DNA of 64,000 nucleotides. Source: Winogradskyella sp. (GTDB taxonomy: Bacteria; Bacteroidota; Bacteroidia; Flavobacteriales; Flavobacteriaceae). Below the pieces are notes generated by a model that saw only the letters and a program-made list of their open reading frames with translations, did not search any database and was not told where the DNA came from. The stretch lies in the NCBI RefSeq assembly GCF_025210595.1, contig NZ_JAOARH010000048.1:612-64611 (forward strand), in the 5' to 3' direction. A program made the position numbers and the translations under genes. Of this stretch, positions 38,780 through 47,494 are shown in pieces (within the stretch, counting starts at the first letter, position 1; each line of letters begins with the position of its first letter).

Positions 38780-39607
38780 CTATTTTTTTAAGCTCAATTT
38801 TTTTGATTGTAATTCTGAATAAAATTCCTTCATAAATTTGGTATTCCTTATTCTATGAGGCAATTTTTTATAACTCGCTTCAGATTTTTCAATAGAAATC
38901 TCAGCTTCTTTAAACTTTTCTTGTTGAATCTGTATGTTGGCAAGTTTTAAGTAAGCACGTTCTTTTCTGTTACTTATTTCAATTACTTTGCTCTGAAATC
39001 TTAATGCAGAATCGAAATCTTTTATATCTACATAATTTGAAACAAGTTTGTCATATAAAACAATAACATCACCTAACTTTTCAATACCTTCAATTAATAT
39101 CTGTTGAGAAAATTCAAATCCAGACTTAGAATTAGTCGCAAACCATGCTTTAGAAGCATATAAATAATGCTCTGGACGTGTTTTTTTTGAATATTGAATA
39201 ACAGACTGATATAGTTTTGCTGATTTCTTAAACTTCTTCTTTTTAAAATAGATATCAGCTAGTAATCTTAAAGCATCTACATTCTCTGGTCTATCTCTTA
39301 AAATATTTTTGATTATAATTTTACTCTCCCTAAATTTATTAAGGTGATAATTGCTTTTAGCTACTAATAAATCTTGCTCAAAATTATTAAATCCTAATGT
39401 TTTAGAAGCATCAAAATCTTTGAGACTATTAGTGTAATTACTGTGTTGGTAATATAGCTTCCCTCTTTTAAAATAAAGATTGGCAGAGTCAGGATTTTTT
39501 TTAATCTCTTCTGTTACTTTTAGTATTCGCTTATGCAAATCTCCATGAGCATTAGTGCAGATACTAAAAAATAAAAATGATAATATAAAAAGTGATTTTA
39601 AACGCAA
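38780..39607 (-). CDS. tetratricopeptide-repeat protein, secreted or periplasmic
   Basis: TTG start with signal peptide (M)RLKSLFILSFLFFSICTNA. Repeated A..Y/F...G.y..A TPR pattern. The stop is 8 nt upstream of the phosphoesterase gene start. Confidence 0.65.
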   Translation of the reverse strand: MRLKSLFILSFLFFSICTNAHGDLHKRILKVTEEIKKNPDSANLYFKRGKLYYQHSNYTNSLKDFDASKTLGFNNFEQDLLVAKSNYHLNKFRESKIIIKNILRDRPENVDALRLLADIYFKKKKFKKSAKLYQSVIQYSKKTRPEHYLYASKAWFATNSKSGFEFSQQILIEGIEKLGDVIVLYDKLVSNYVDIKDFDSALRFQSKVIEISNRKERAYLKLANIQIQQEKFKEAEISIEKSEASYKKLPHRIRNTKFMKEFYSELQSKKLSLKK

Positions 39608-39774
39608 AGAGTGAAATTTGGGATAATTAATAGCTACTCAAAAGAAATAAAAAATTACACTGTAAATGAATAAATTAGATAAAGAGTAATAATCCTTGAT
39701 TAATTACATTTCTGTAGTCTTCATAATAGACAAAACGCATTTTAAAACATTAATTTACAAACCATTAACACTTG

Positions 39775-39807
39775 TAATAAAAAACACATCCAATATTGGA
39801 TGTGTTT
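39775..39807 (-). terminator. terminator hairpin of aceA, copy B of the 33-nt repeat
   Basis: TAATAAAAAACACATCCAATATTGGATGTGTTT is a perfect palindromic stem, followed on the minus strand by UUUUUU. Confidence 0.8.
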
Positions 39808-39867
39808 TCTACTAACTAAACTAAGAAACAAAACTATTTATAAAAAAAAACTGTTTTGTAAATACTT

Positions 39868-41499
39868 TTAAACAGCAACGTTTATTTGTTTTTTATCCGC
39901 ATTGCTTTTGGGTATTGTATCAAACTGATTTGATGTATTCTTTACACCTCCTGCCTTTAACGCTTTATCACCAGCAAAATATGTTTTATGATCGTCACCA
40001 AGGTCAGAACCAGCCATGCGCTGATGCTTAACACATGATACTCCCTTTCTAATTTCTTGTCGTTGTACTTCTTTTACATATGCCAACATACCTTCTTTAC
40101 CAAAATAACCTTCCGTTAAATCATTCATATGTAACGCAGTTGTGTGATAGGTTGGTAGTGTTATTAAATGATGGAAAATGCCTGCTTCTCTAGCTCCATC
40201 TAACTGAAACGTTTTAATCTTCTCATCTGCTCTATGGCATAATTCTGTGCCATCATATTCTGAAGCCATTAAATTATTTCTATCATAAGCTGTCATGTTT
40301 TCTCCCTCTAATAGCATTTCTTCATAAACTTGATTACGGAAATTTAAGGTCCAATTAAACGATGGTGAGTTATTATAAACCAACTTTGCATTTGGCAATA
40401 CTTCTTTCACTCTATTAACCATGTGCGCAATTTGCTTAACGTTTGGTGTTGGTGTTTCAATCCAAAGTAAATCAGCACCATTCTGTAAACTCGTTATGCA
40501 ATCTAGCACTACTCTATCTATATTAGTTCCTTCTTTAAATTGATATAAGCCATTTGGTAAGCGTTTAGGACGCATTAATTTACCTTTTCGTTTTAGCAAT
40601 ACATCATCTTCTTTAGCTTGTTCTATAGTAATTTCTTCAGCATCAACAAAAGCTAAATATTGAGATGCTAAATCACCTGGTTCTTTACTTACAGGTAATT
40701 TTTGAGTTAAACCAGCACCTTCAGAATCTGTACGTGCTACAATAACACCTTCATCGATGCCTAATTCTAAAAAGGCATAACGCACCGCATTAAGCTTTGC
40801 AATAAAATCTTCGTGTGGCACAGTTACCTTACCATCTTGATGCCCACATTGTTTAGCATCTGACACCTGATTTTCGATTTGAATAGCGCAAGCTCCAGCC
40901 TGAATCATTTTTTTTGCCAATAAATACGTAGCTTCTTCATTACCAAAACCAGCATCAATATCTGCAATAATAGGCACTACATGTGTTTCAAAATTATCTA
41001 TTTCATTTTGCACATCTTCTCCCAATTCTAATCGTCTAAACAAATCATTAAGTGCTATAGCATCTGCCTGACGTAAGAAATCGTAAATCTCTCCAATTAA
41101 AGCTGGCACAGCTGTTTTCTCGTGCATAGACTGATCTGGTAATGGACCAAACTCTGAGCGCAAAGCTGCCACCATCCAACCAGAAAGGTATAAATAACGC
41201 TTGCTTGTTGTTTTATGATGCTTTTTTATTGCAATCATTTTTTGCTGCGCCACAAATCCATGCCAGCATCCTAATGACTGTGTGTACTTAGATGAATCTG
41301 CATCATATTCAGCCATATCTTTTCGCATAATAGCCGCTGTATATTTAGCAATGTCTAAGCCTGTTTTAAAACGATTTTGCACTGCCATTCTTGCAGCACT
41401 TTTTGAGCTAATGGCTGCCCATGTATTTCCGTATTTTGCCTTAAGATCTCTTACAGTTTGTAAAGCTGAAGAATAGTTAGTTTGTGATAAATTTTTCAT
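39868..41499 (-). CDS. aceA: isocitrate lyase (long form)
   Basis: The KQCGHQDGK catalytic signature and overall ICL-like sequence; 543 aa. Confidence 0.9.
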   Translation of the reverse strand: MKNLSQTNYSSALQTVRDLKAKYGNTWAAISSKSAARMAVQNRFKTGLDIAKYTAAIMRKDMAEYDADSSKYTQSLGCWHGFVAQQKMIAIKKHHKTTSKRYLYLSGWMVAALRSEFGPLPDQSMHEKTAVPALIGEIYDFLRQADAIALNDLFRRLELGEDVQNEIDNFETHVVPIIADIDAGFGNEEATYLLAKKMIQAGACAIQIENQVSDAKQCGHQDGKVTVPHEDFIAKLNAVRYAFLELGIDEGVIVARTDSEGAGLTQKLPVSKEPGDLASQYLAFVDAEEITIEQAKEDDVLLKRKGKLMRPKRLPNGLYQFKEGTNIDRVVLDCITSLQNGADLLWIETPTPNVKQIAHMVNRVKEVLPNAKLVYNNSPSFNWTLNFRNQVYEEMLLEGENMTAYDRNNLMASEYDGTELCHRADEKIKTFQLDGAREAGIFHHLITLPTYHTTALHMNDLTEGYFGKEGMLAYVKEVQRQEIRKGVSCVKHQRMAGSDLGDDHKTYFAGDKALKAGGVKNTSNQFDTIPKSNADKKQINVAV

Positions 41500-41539
41500 A
41501 ATTTTGAAAATGTATTAATGATATATTAGATTTAATATG

Positions 41540-41572
41540 AATCCCGCCTAATGTTGCCGCATTAGCGGGATT
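41540..41572. other. GC-rich intercistronic hairpin between aceB and aceA
   Basis: AATCCCGC(C)TAATG-ttgccg-CATTAGCGGGATT. The T-run lies on the plus-strand side although both flanking genes are on the minus strand. Confidence 0.5.
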
Positions 41573-41578
41573 TGCTTT

Positions 41579-43177
41579 TTATATTTGTTTATAGGCTTGA
41601 GTGGTTAAAAATTCTTCAAAAACTTCTTGAGTTACCAAAGTTTTAAATAACGTTATAGCTTCGTGGAATTTGGTTTCTTTAATCTTAGATTCATCAATTT
41701 CAGTAATGATCTTTTCAACTTCGTCATCAAGAATAGACTCAAAAAGCGCTTTGGTAAATTGACGCCCATTCTCTAAAAGTGTTTCATTCTTTAACCATTG
41801 CCAAAGTTGCGTTCTAGAAATCTCTGCTGTTGCAGCATCTTCCATAAGATTGTATAAAGCCACTGCACCAAAACCTCTTAACCAAGCTTCCATATACAGA
41901 ATACCTACATTAATGTTTTTTCTAATGCCAGCTTCTGTAATTGTTCCTTTAGGCAGTTCTACCAAATCTGATTCCGTTACATTTATATCTTCTCGTTTTT
42001 TAAAGATTTGATTAGGTGTTGGCATATATTTATCGAACTCTTTCATCGCTACTTCCACTAATGCAGGATGCGCAACCCAAGTACCATCATGGCCATTTTT
42101 TGCTTCGCGTTCTTTATCTATACGAACCTTTTCTATGGCTTGTGCATTAGCCTTAGGATTATTTTTAATTGGAATTTGAGCAGCCATTCCTCCCATGGCA
42201 TGAATACCACGCTTATGACAAACCTGTATAACTAAATCTGAATAGGCTGCCATAAAAGGAGTGGTCATTGTTACCTGATCTCTGTTAGGGACAATAAAAC
42301 CTTCATGATTTCTGAATTTTTTAATGTAAGAGAAAATATAATCCCAACGACCACAATTTAAACCTACTATATGATCTTTTAATTCGTAAATGAATTCATT
42401 CAATTGAAAACTAGCTGTAATTGTTTCAACTAATAACGTTGCTTTAAATGTACCTTTAGACACACCTAAATAGTCTTGCGCAAACTCAAATACATTATTC
42501 CACCAACGTGCTTCCAAATAATGTTCTAACTTAGGAAGATAAAAATATGGTGCAGTGTTGGTTTCTTTTAAAATATTAGTATTATGAAATACATATAACC
42601 CAAAATCGAAAAGACTGCCTGAAACCTCTTCATCATCTACTAAAAGATGTCGTTCGTTTAGATGCAATCCTCTAGGTCTTACCAAAAGCACTGCTGTGTT
42701 TTCATTTAGTTTGTAATGCTTGCCACGAGCTTCATCTATAAGCTCAATTGTTTTTTGATTAGCCTCTAAAAGATTTTGCTGACCTTCAACAGTATTAGAC
42801 CAACTTGGTGCATTACTATCTTCAAAATCTGCCATAAATGTTTTTGCACCAGAATTTAAAGCATTGATTACCATTTTACGATCTACTGGTCCTGTTATCT
42901 CAACACGTCTATCTTGTAAATCTTCAGGAATATGATTAACAACCCACTCACCTTCTCTTATATGTTTTGTCTCTTCTTGAAATTTTGGATAATTACCATT
43001 ATCAAAAAATGTTTGCTGAGCTTTTCGTGCTTCTAATAATTCTAACCTTTGTTTATTAAACTTTTTATGAAGCTGTTTTATAAACTGCAAAGCTTCTTCA
43101 GTTAAAATATTAGGATAAAATTGTTTTACTTCTTTTGAAAAAGTCACTTGGTCTGGTGTTGTAATGATTGCATCCAT
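41579..43177 (-). CDS. aceB: malate synthase A
   Basis: 532 aa with EITGPVDRKMVINALNSGA, FMADFEDS and RPRGLHL motifs typical of malate synthase A. Confidence 0.9.
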   Translation of the reverse strand: MDAIITTPDQVTFSKEVKQFYPNILTEEALQFIKQLHKKFNKQRLELLEARKAQQTFFDNGNYPKFQEETKHIREGEWVVNHIPEDLQDRRVEITGPVDRKMVINALNSGAKTFMADFEDSNAPSWSNTVEGQQNLLEANQKTIELIDEARGKHYKLNENTAVLLVRPRGLHLNERHLLVDDEEVSGSLFDFGLYVFHNTNILKETNTAPYFYLPKLEHYLEARWWNNVFEFAQDYLGVSKGTFKATLLVETITASFQLNEFIYELKDHIVGLNCGRWDYIFSYIKKFRNHEGFIVPNRDQVTMTTPFMAAYSDLVIQVCHKRGIHAMGGMAAQIPIKNNPKANAQAIEKVRIDKEREAKNGHDGTWVAHPALVEVAMKEFDKYMPTPNQIFKKREDINVTESDLVELPKGTITEAGIRKNINVGILYMEAWLRGFGAVALYNLMEDAATAEISRTQLWQWLKNETLLENGRQFTKALFESILDDEVEKIITEIDESKIKETKFHEAITLFKTLVTQEVFEEFLTTQAYKQI

Positions 43178-43227
43178 AGCTATTTAATTTATAGACACAA
43201 TGTTACAACAAGAAATTAAAAAAAACA

Positions 43228-43277
43228 AGCGAATGTTCGCTAAATTATATTTTTCGCTAAAAACTTAAGTTCGCAAA
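43228..43277. promoter_or_regulatory. candidate operator array in the aceB / regulator divergent intergenic region
   Basis: Palindrome AGCGAA-tg-TTCGCT (43228-43241). Three direct TTCGC(T/A)AA boxes start at 43236, 43253 and 43270, exactly 17 bp apart. Confidence 0.5.
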
Positions 43278-43283
43278 TAATAT

Positions 43284-43291
43284 TATATTTG
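43284..43291 (+). promoter_or_regulatory. -7 box TAnnTTTG of the regulator gene
   Basis: TATATTTG ends 5 nt before the ATG at 43297, which implies a very short leader. Confidence 0.35.
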
Positions 43292-43296
43292 CATAT

Positions 43297-44778
43297 ATGG
43301 AACAAGATTATATCAAACTTATTTTTGGCTTAAAATTAAAGCAAATCCGCACAGAACGTGGTATTTCACTATTTGGACTATCTAAGCTAACGGGACTTTC
43401 AAAATCTTATTTAAACGAAATTGAAAAAGGAAAAAAATATCCTAAAACCGATAAAATTTTATTGTTAGCTGAGCAACTTGAAGTGCCTTATGACCATATG
43501 GTATCGTTAAAACTCGATAAAAATCTTGCTCCAGTTGGTCGTATTCTACGTGGTAAAATTTTAAGAGAAATTCCTTTAGAACATTTTGGCATACAAGAAA
43601 GCACACTTATAGATATTATTGCCAATGCTCCTGCTAAAGTTAACGCATTTATAAACACTATTATTAAGATTGCCCAAGACTATAGCTTTACAAGAGAGAG
43701 CTTTTATTTAGCCTCCTTAAGAAGTCTACAAGAAGCCAACAATAACTATTTTGATGTTATTGAAAACGAAGTTTTAAAGTTTGCTAAAGCCTATCATATA
43801 GATTTAAATACTCCCATAAAATCTAACGAATTAGAAGATATTTTAGTTGAAGAATTTGGATACACCATTAATAAAACAGCTTTAGACGACCAAAGCCATA
43901 TCGAAGGTTTACGTTCTATTTTTGTTCCGAAGACTAAAACATTATTAATCTCTAGCCATCTAGATGATCCTCAATGTACTTTTATATATGCTAAAGAAAT
44001 CGCTTTTAATTATCTTAATTATAAAGAACGTTTATATACATTCTCTTGGATAAAATTCGATAATTTCGATCAGGTGTTGAATAATTTTTATGCTTCATAT
44101 TTTGCAGGTGCATTGTTAATACCTAAAATAACACTCTCTAGCAAGATTAAGCAATTATTGGAGCAATCTACATTCAATACTAAAGACTTTCTAAATCTTA
44201 TTGAAAACTATAACGCTTCCTCTGAGACTTTTTACCAGAGGCTTACTAATATTTTACCAAAGGATTATAACTTACTTAATCTTTTCTTTATTCGATTTTC
44301 ACATCAAAAGGGAAATAACAATTATCACATTGAAAAAGAACTTCATCTCATCAATAATTTATCTGAAAAAGAAGATGAAACCAAAGAATTATTTTGCAGA
44401 AGATGGGTTGGTGTATCTAGTCTAAACAAAGCTATTACAAGAAAGAAAAACAATCATACTTTTAGGGTTAATGTTTTATCTCACCCAAAAAACAAATGCC
44501 GTTATTTAGTATTTACTTCTACAACTATTGATGAAAACAATAAGAATCATCACAAAAGTATTTGCTTAGGGTTATTAATAGATAAACAATTAGAAAGAAA
44601 GGTTGCCTTCTTAGAAGATAGCGCTATTAAAGAATCTGAAGTTAATCTTGAAAAAATTAAAAACTACAGCATTTTTGATAGTCAAAATCGCATTGAACAA
44701 CCTATTGCATTAGAGCAATTAACTAAAAATAAAGCTATTGAAAATACTGTAAATGCTATTACAGATAAATTTAGCTAA
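43297..44778 (+). CDS. XRE-HTH transcriptional regulator of the RamB / short-chain-fatty-acyl-CoA regulator type
   Basis: N-terminal HTH (LKLKQIRTERGISLFGLSKLTGLSKSYLNEIEKGKKYP) on a 493-aa protein. The gene is divergent from aceB-aceA. Confidence 0.65.
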   Translation: MEQDYIKLIFGLKLKQIRTERGISLFGLSKLTGLSKSYLNEIEKGKKYPKTDKILLLAEQLEVPYDHMVSLKLDKNLAPVGRILRGKILREIPLEHFGIQESTLIDIIANAPAKVNAFINTIIKIAQDYSFTRESFYLASLRSLQEANNNYFDVIENEVLKFAKAYHIDLNTPIKSNELEDILVEEFGYTINKTALDDQSHIEGLRSIFVPKTKTLLISSHLDDPQCTFIYAKEIAFNYLNYKERLYTFSWIKFDNFDQVLNNFYASYFAGALLIPKITLSSKIKQLLEQSTFNTKDFLNLIENYNASSETFYQRLTNILPKDYNLLNLFFIRFSHQKGNNNYHIEKELHLINNLSEKEDETKELFCRRWVGVSSLNKAITRKKNNHTFRVNVLSHPKNKCRYLVFTSTTIDENNKNHHKSICLGLLIDKQLERKVAFLEDSAIKESEVNLEKIKNYSIFDSQNRIEQPIALEQLTKNKAIENTVNAITDKFS

Positions 44779-45431
44779 ACCATATTTAGTATTTTACGAT
44801 ATGTTATTTCTTTAAAATCAGATATTACAACATCAGCTTTTGTATAATCTTGATGCGAAGAGTGTGGACTTTTAAAACCTACACAATAAATATCTGCCGA
44901 TTTAGCTGCCGCAATACCATTTGTAGAATCTTCAATGACCATGCATTCCTTTTTTGAAAACCCTGTAAATTCCGCAGCTTTTATAAAAATTTCTGGATGC
45001 GGTTTAGATTGTTTTAAGTCCGCTCCACTAAATTTCCCGATGAAATACTTATTTAAATCAAAACGTTCAAAAATCCTATTGATATTTGGCATAGATGCAG
45101 AAGATGCAACTACTAATTTTAATCCGTTGTTATAATAATCTTTAATAAGATCTAAAACACCATCTATTAAAGCTAACTCTGTATCATTTTCAAATAAATA
45201 CTTAAAGTGTTTACGCTTTAAGGCTACCAAATCTTCTGGCTTTTCATTTAAATTAAAATGAGCCACTAATCGTTTACAAATATTAATCGTAGATTGTCCT
45301 GTAAAAGACGCATATAAATCTTCATCTACATTAATATTTACATCAGAAAACATTTTAAAATAGGCTTTTCTATGTAATGGCTCAGTATCAACAATAACAC
45401 CATCCATATCAAACAAAACTGCTTTAAGCAT
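44775..45431 (-). CDS. HAD superfamily phosphatase (beta-phosphoglucomutase-like)
   Basis: AVLFDMDGVIVDTE (motif I), VASSAS (motif II) and VIEDSTNGIAAAKSA (motif IV). Start at MLKAVLFD. The 3' end overlaps the regulator gene by 4 nt. Confidence 0.75.
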   Translation of the reverse strand: MLKAVLFDMDGVIVDTEPLHRKAYFKMFSDVNINVDEDLYASFTGQSTINICKRLVAHFNLNEKPEDLVALKRKHFKYLFENDTELALIDGVLDLIKDYYNNGLKLVVASSASMPNINRIFERFDLNKYFIGKFSGADLKQSKPHPEIFIKAAEFTGFSKKECMVIEDSTNGIAAAKSADIYCVGFKSPHSSHQDYTKADVVISDFKEITYRKILNMV

Positions 45432-45517
45432 CGCTTTTATTTTTTTGCGAATATAAACAAACAATCTTTGCTGTACATTTTAAAAGTTTTTATCTATATC
45501 ACAAAAACTTAACGTAC

Positions 45518-45563
45518 AAAAAAATCCCAAATTCCAGTGCACACATTTTTTTGGAATTTGGGA
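45518..45563 (-). terminator. rho-independent terminator of acs
   Basis: A 12-bp stem TCCCAAATTCCA / TGGAATTTGGGA. The minus-strand RNA is followed by UUUUUUU. Confidence 0.8.
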
Positions 45564-45584
45564 CCTGCTATTAATACTTAAACC

Positions 45585-47492
45585 CTAAAGCACGTTGTCC
45601 ATTATTTCTTGAACAACTTCTGGATTTAACAAAGTACTTGTATCACCTAAATTGCTAGTATCATTTGAAGCTATTTTTCTTAAAATACGTCTCATAATTT
45701 TACCAGATCTAGTTTTTGGTAATCCATTTGTAAACTGAATTTTATCGAGCTTAGCAATTGGCCCAATTCTATCTGTTATTAATTGGTTAATCTCTTTACG
45801 CACATTATCATGTACTCTATCTTCTCCGGTATCTTTTAAAGTAATGTAACCATAAAGCGCATTTCCTTTAACATCGTGTGGAAAACCTACAATAGCAGAC
45901 TCAGCCACTGCATTATGCTCATTAATGGCATCTTCAATTGGCGCTGTACCCAAATTATGGCCAGAAACAATGATAACATCATCTACTCTACCAGTAATTC
46001 TGTAATAACCAACTTCATCTCTTAAAGCTCCATCACCTGTAAAGTACATATCTTCAAAAGCAGAGAAATAAGTATCCTTATAACGCTGATGATTTCCCCA
46101 AATGGTTCTTGCCATTGATGGCCAAGGATGTTTTATACACAAGCGTCCATCAACTTGGTTTCCTTTAATCTCATTACCATCTTCATCCATCAAAGCTGGT
46201 TGAATACCAATAAAAGGCAATGTAGCATAAGTTGGTTTTGTTGGTGTTGAAAATGGTATTGGAGTAATCATAATACCACCTGTTTCTGTTTGCCACCATG
46301 TATCTACAATTGGACTCTTCTTTTTACCAATATTATCATTATACCAATGCCAAGCCTCTTCATTAATTGGCTCACCAACAGACCCAAGGACTTTTAGTGA
46401 AGATAAATCATATTTTTCAACCAACTCAACGCCTTGTTTCGCTAAGGCTCTAATTGCTGTTGGTGCAGTATAAAATTGATTTACCTTATGCTTATCTACA
46501 ATGTCCCAAAAACGTCCAAAATCTGGATAGCTTGGCACACCTTCAAACATAACTGTTGTTGCGCCATTGCATAATGGCCCATAAACAATATAGCTGTGAC
46601 CAGTAATCCAACCTATATCTGCGGTACACCAATACACGTCATCTTCTCTATATTGAAAAACATTTTTAAATGTATATGCTGTATATACCATGTAACCTGC
46701 TGTTGTATGCAACATACCCTTTGGCATACCTGTAGAGCCAGATGTGTATAATATAAATAACGGATCTTCTGCATCCATAACGGTTGCTGTTAAATCTTTA
46801 TAAGCTTCGTCTAATAAGGGTTGTAACCACTCATCTCTTCCTTCTTTCATATTTATTTCTGAATTGATGCGTTTAGCAACCAATACAGACTCTACACCAG
46901 GACACTCTTCTAAGGCTTCATCAACAATACCCTTTAAATCTATGGTTTTAGAACCTCTGTAAGATCCATCTGAAGTCAACACCATCTTTGCATCGCAATC
47001 ATTGATACGTGTAGATAAGGCTGTTGCTGAGAATCCTGCAAAAACTACTGAATGTACAGCTCCTATTCTTGCACATGCTAACACAGAAACAGCTAATTCT
47101 GGTATCATGGGCAAATAAATACAAACACGATCTCCCTTCTTTATTCCTTTATCTAAAAGCACATTTGCAAACTTACACACACGCTCATGAAGTTGTTTAT
47201 AAGTAATATGTTCAGCTGTCTCGTTAGGATCATTAGGTTCAAACAAAATAGCTGTTTTATCACCTCTAGTATGCAAATGTCTATCTATACAATTTTCTGT
47301 AATATTTAATTTTGCGCCTTCAAACCACCTTATCTCTGGTTTTTTAAAATCCCAACTCAAAACATTATCCCATTTTTTTCGCCAAACAAAATGTTCTTCA
47401 GCAATTTCTTCCCAAAATGATTCAGGATTTCTAACCGATTTTCTATACACCTGAAAATATTCTTCAAAGTGTTTAATGTGATAATTACTCAT
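45585..47492 (-). CDS. acs: acetyl-CoA synthetase (AMP-forming)
   Basis: 635 aa with YTSGSTGMPKG (AMP-binding), the WWQTETGG hinge and C-terminal PKTRSGKIMRR. Confidence 0.9.
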   Translation of the reverse strand: MSNYHIKHFEEYFQVYRKSVRNPESFWEEIAEEHFVWRKKWDNVLSWDFKKPEIRWFEGAKLNITENCIDRHLHTRGDKTAILFEPNDPNETAEHITYKQLHERVCKFANVLLDKGIKKGDRVCIYLPMIPELAVSVLACARIGAVHSVVFAGFSATALSTRINDCDAKMVLTSDGSYRGSKTIDLKGIVDEALEECPGVESVLVAKRINSEINMKEGRDEWLQPLLDEAYKDLTATVMDAEDPLFILYTSGSTGMPKGMLHTTAGYMVYTAYTFKNVFQYREDDVYWCTADIGWITGHSYIVYGPLCNGATTVMFEGVPSYPDFGRFWDIVDKHKVNQFYTAPTAIRALAKQGVELVEKYDLSSLKVLGSVGEPINEEAWHWYNDNIGKKKSPIVDTWWQTETGGIMITPIPFSTPTKPTYATLPFIGIQPALMDEDGNEIKGNQVDGRLCIKHPWPSMARTIWGNHQRYKDTYFSAFEDMYFTGDGALRDEVGYYRITGRVDDVIIVSGHNLGTAPIEDAINEHNAVAESAIVGFPHDVKGNALYGYITLKDTGEDRVHDNVRKEINQLITDRIGPIAKLDKIQFTNGLPKTRSGKIMRRILRKIASNDTSNLGDTSTLLNPEVVQEIMDNVL

Positions 47493-47494
47493 GA

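Noticed and set aside
44201-44425. 74-aa same-strand, alternative-frame ORF inside the RamB-like regulator gene, plus other internal or antisense track ORFs (13411, 14816, 19228, 20141, 21489, 25813, 28249, 29675, 30280, 31470, 33650, 33829, 36209, 37202, 41282, 44935, 47024, 55933, 59362, 63616)
   Set aside because: All are nested within longer ORFs that carry recognisable family motifs. None has a plausible promoter or conserved-looking sequence.
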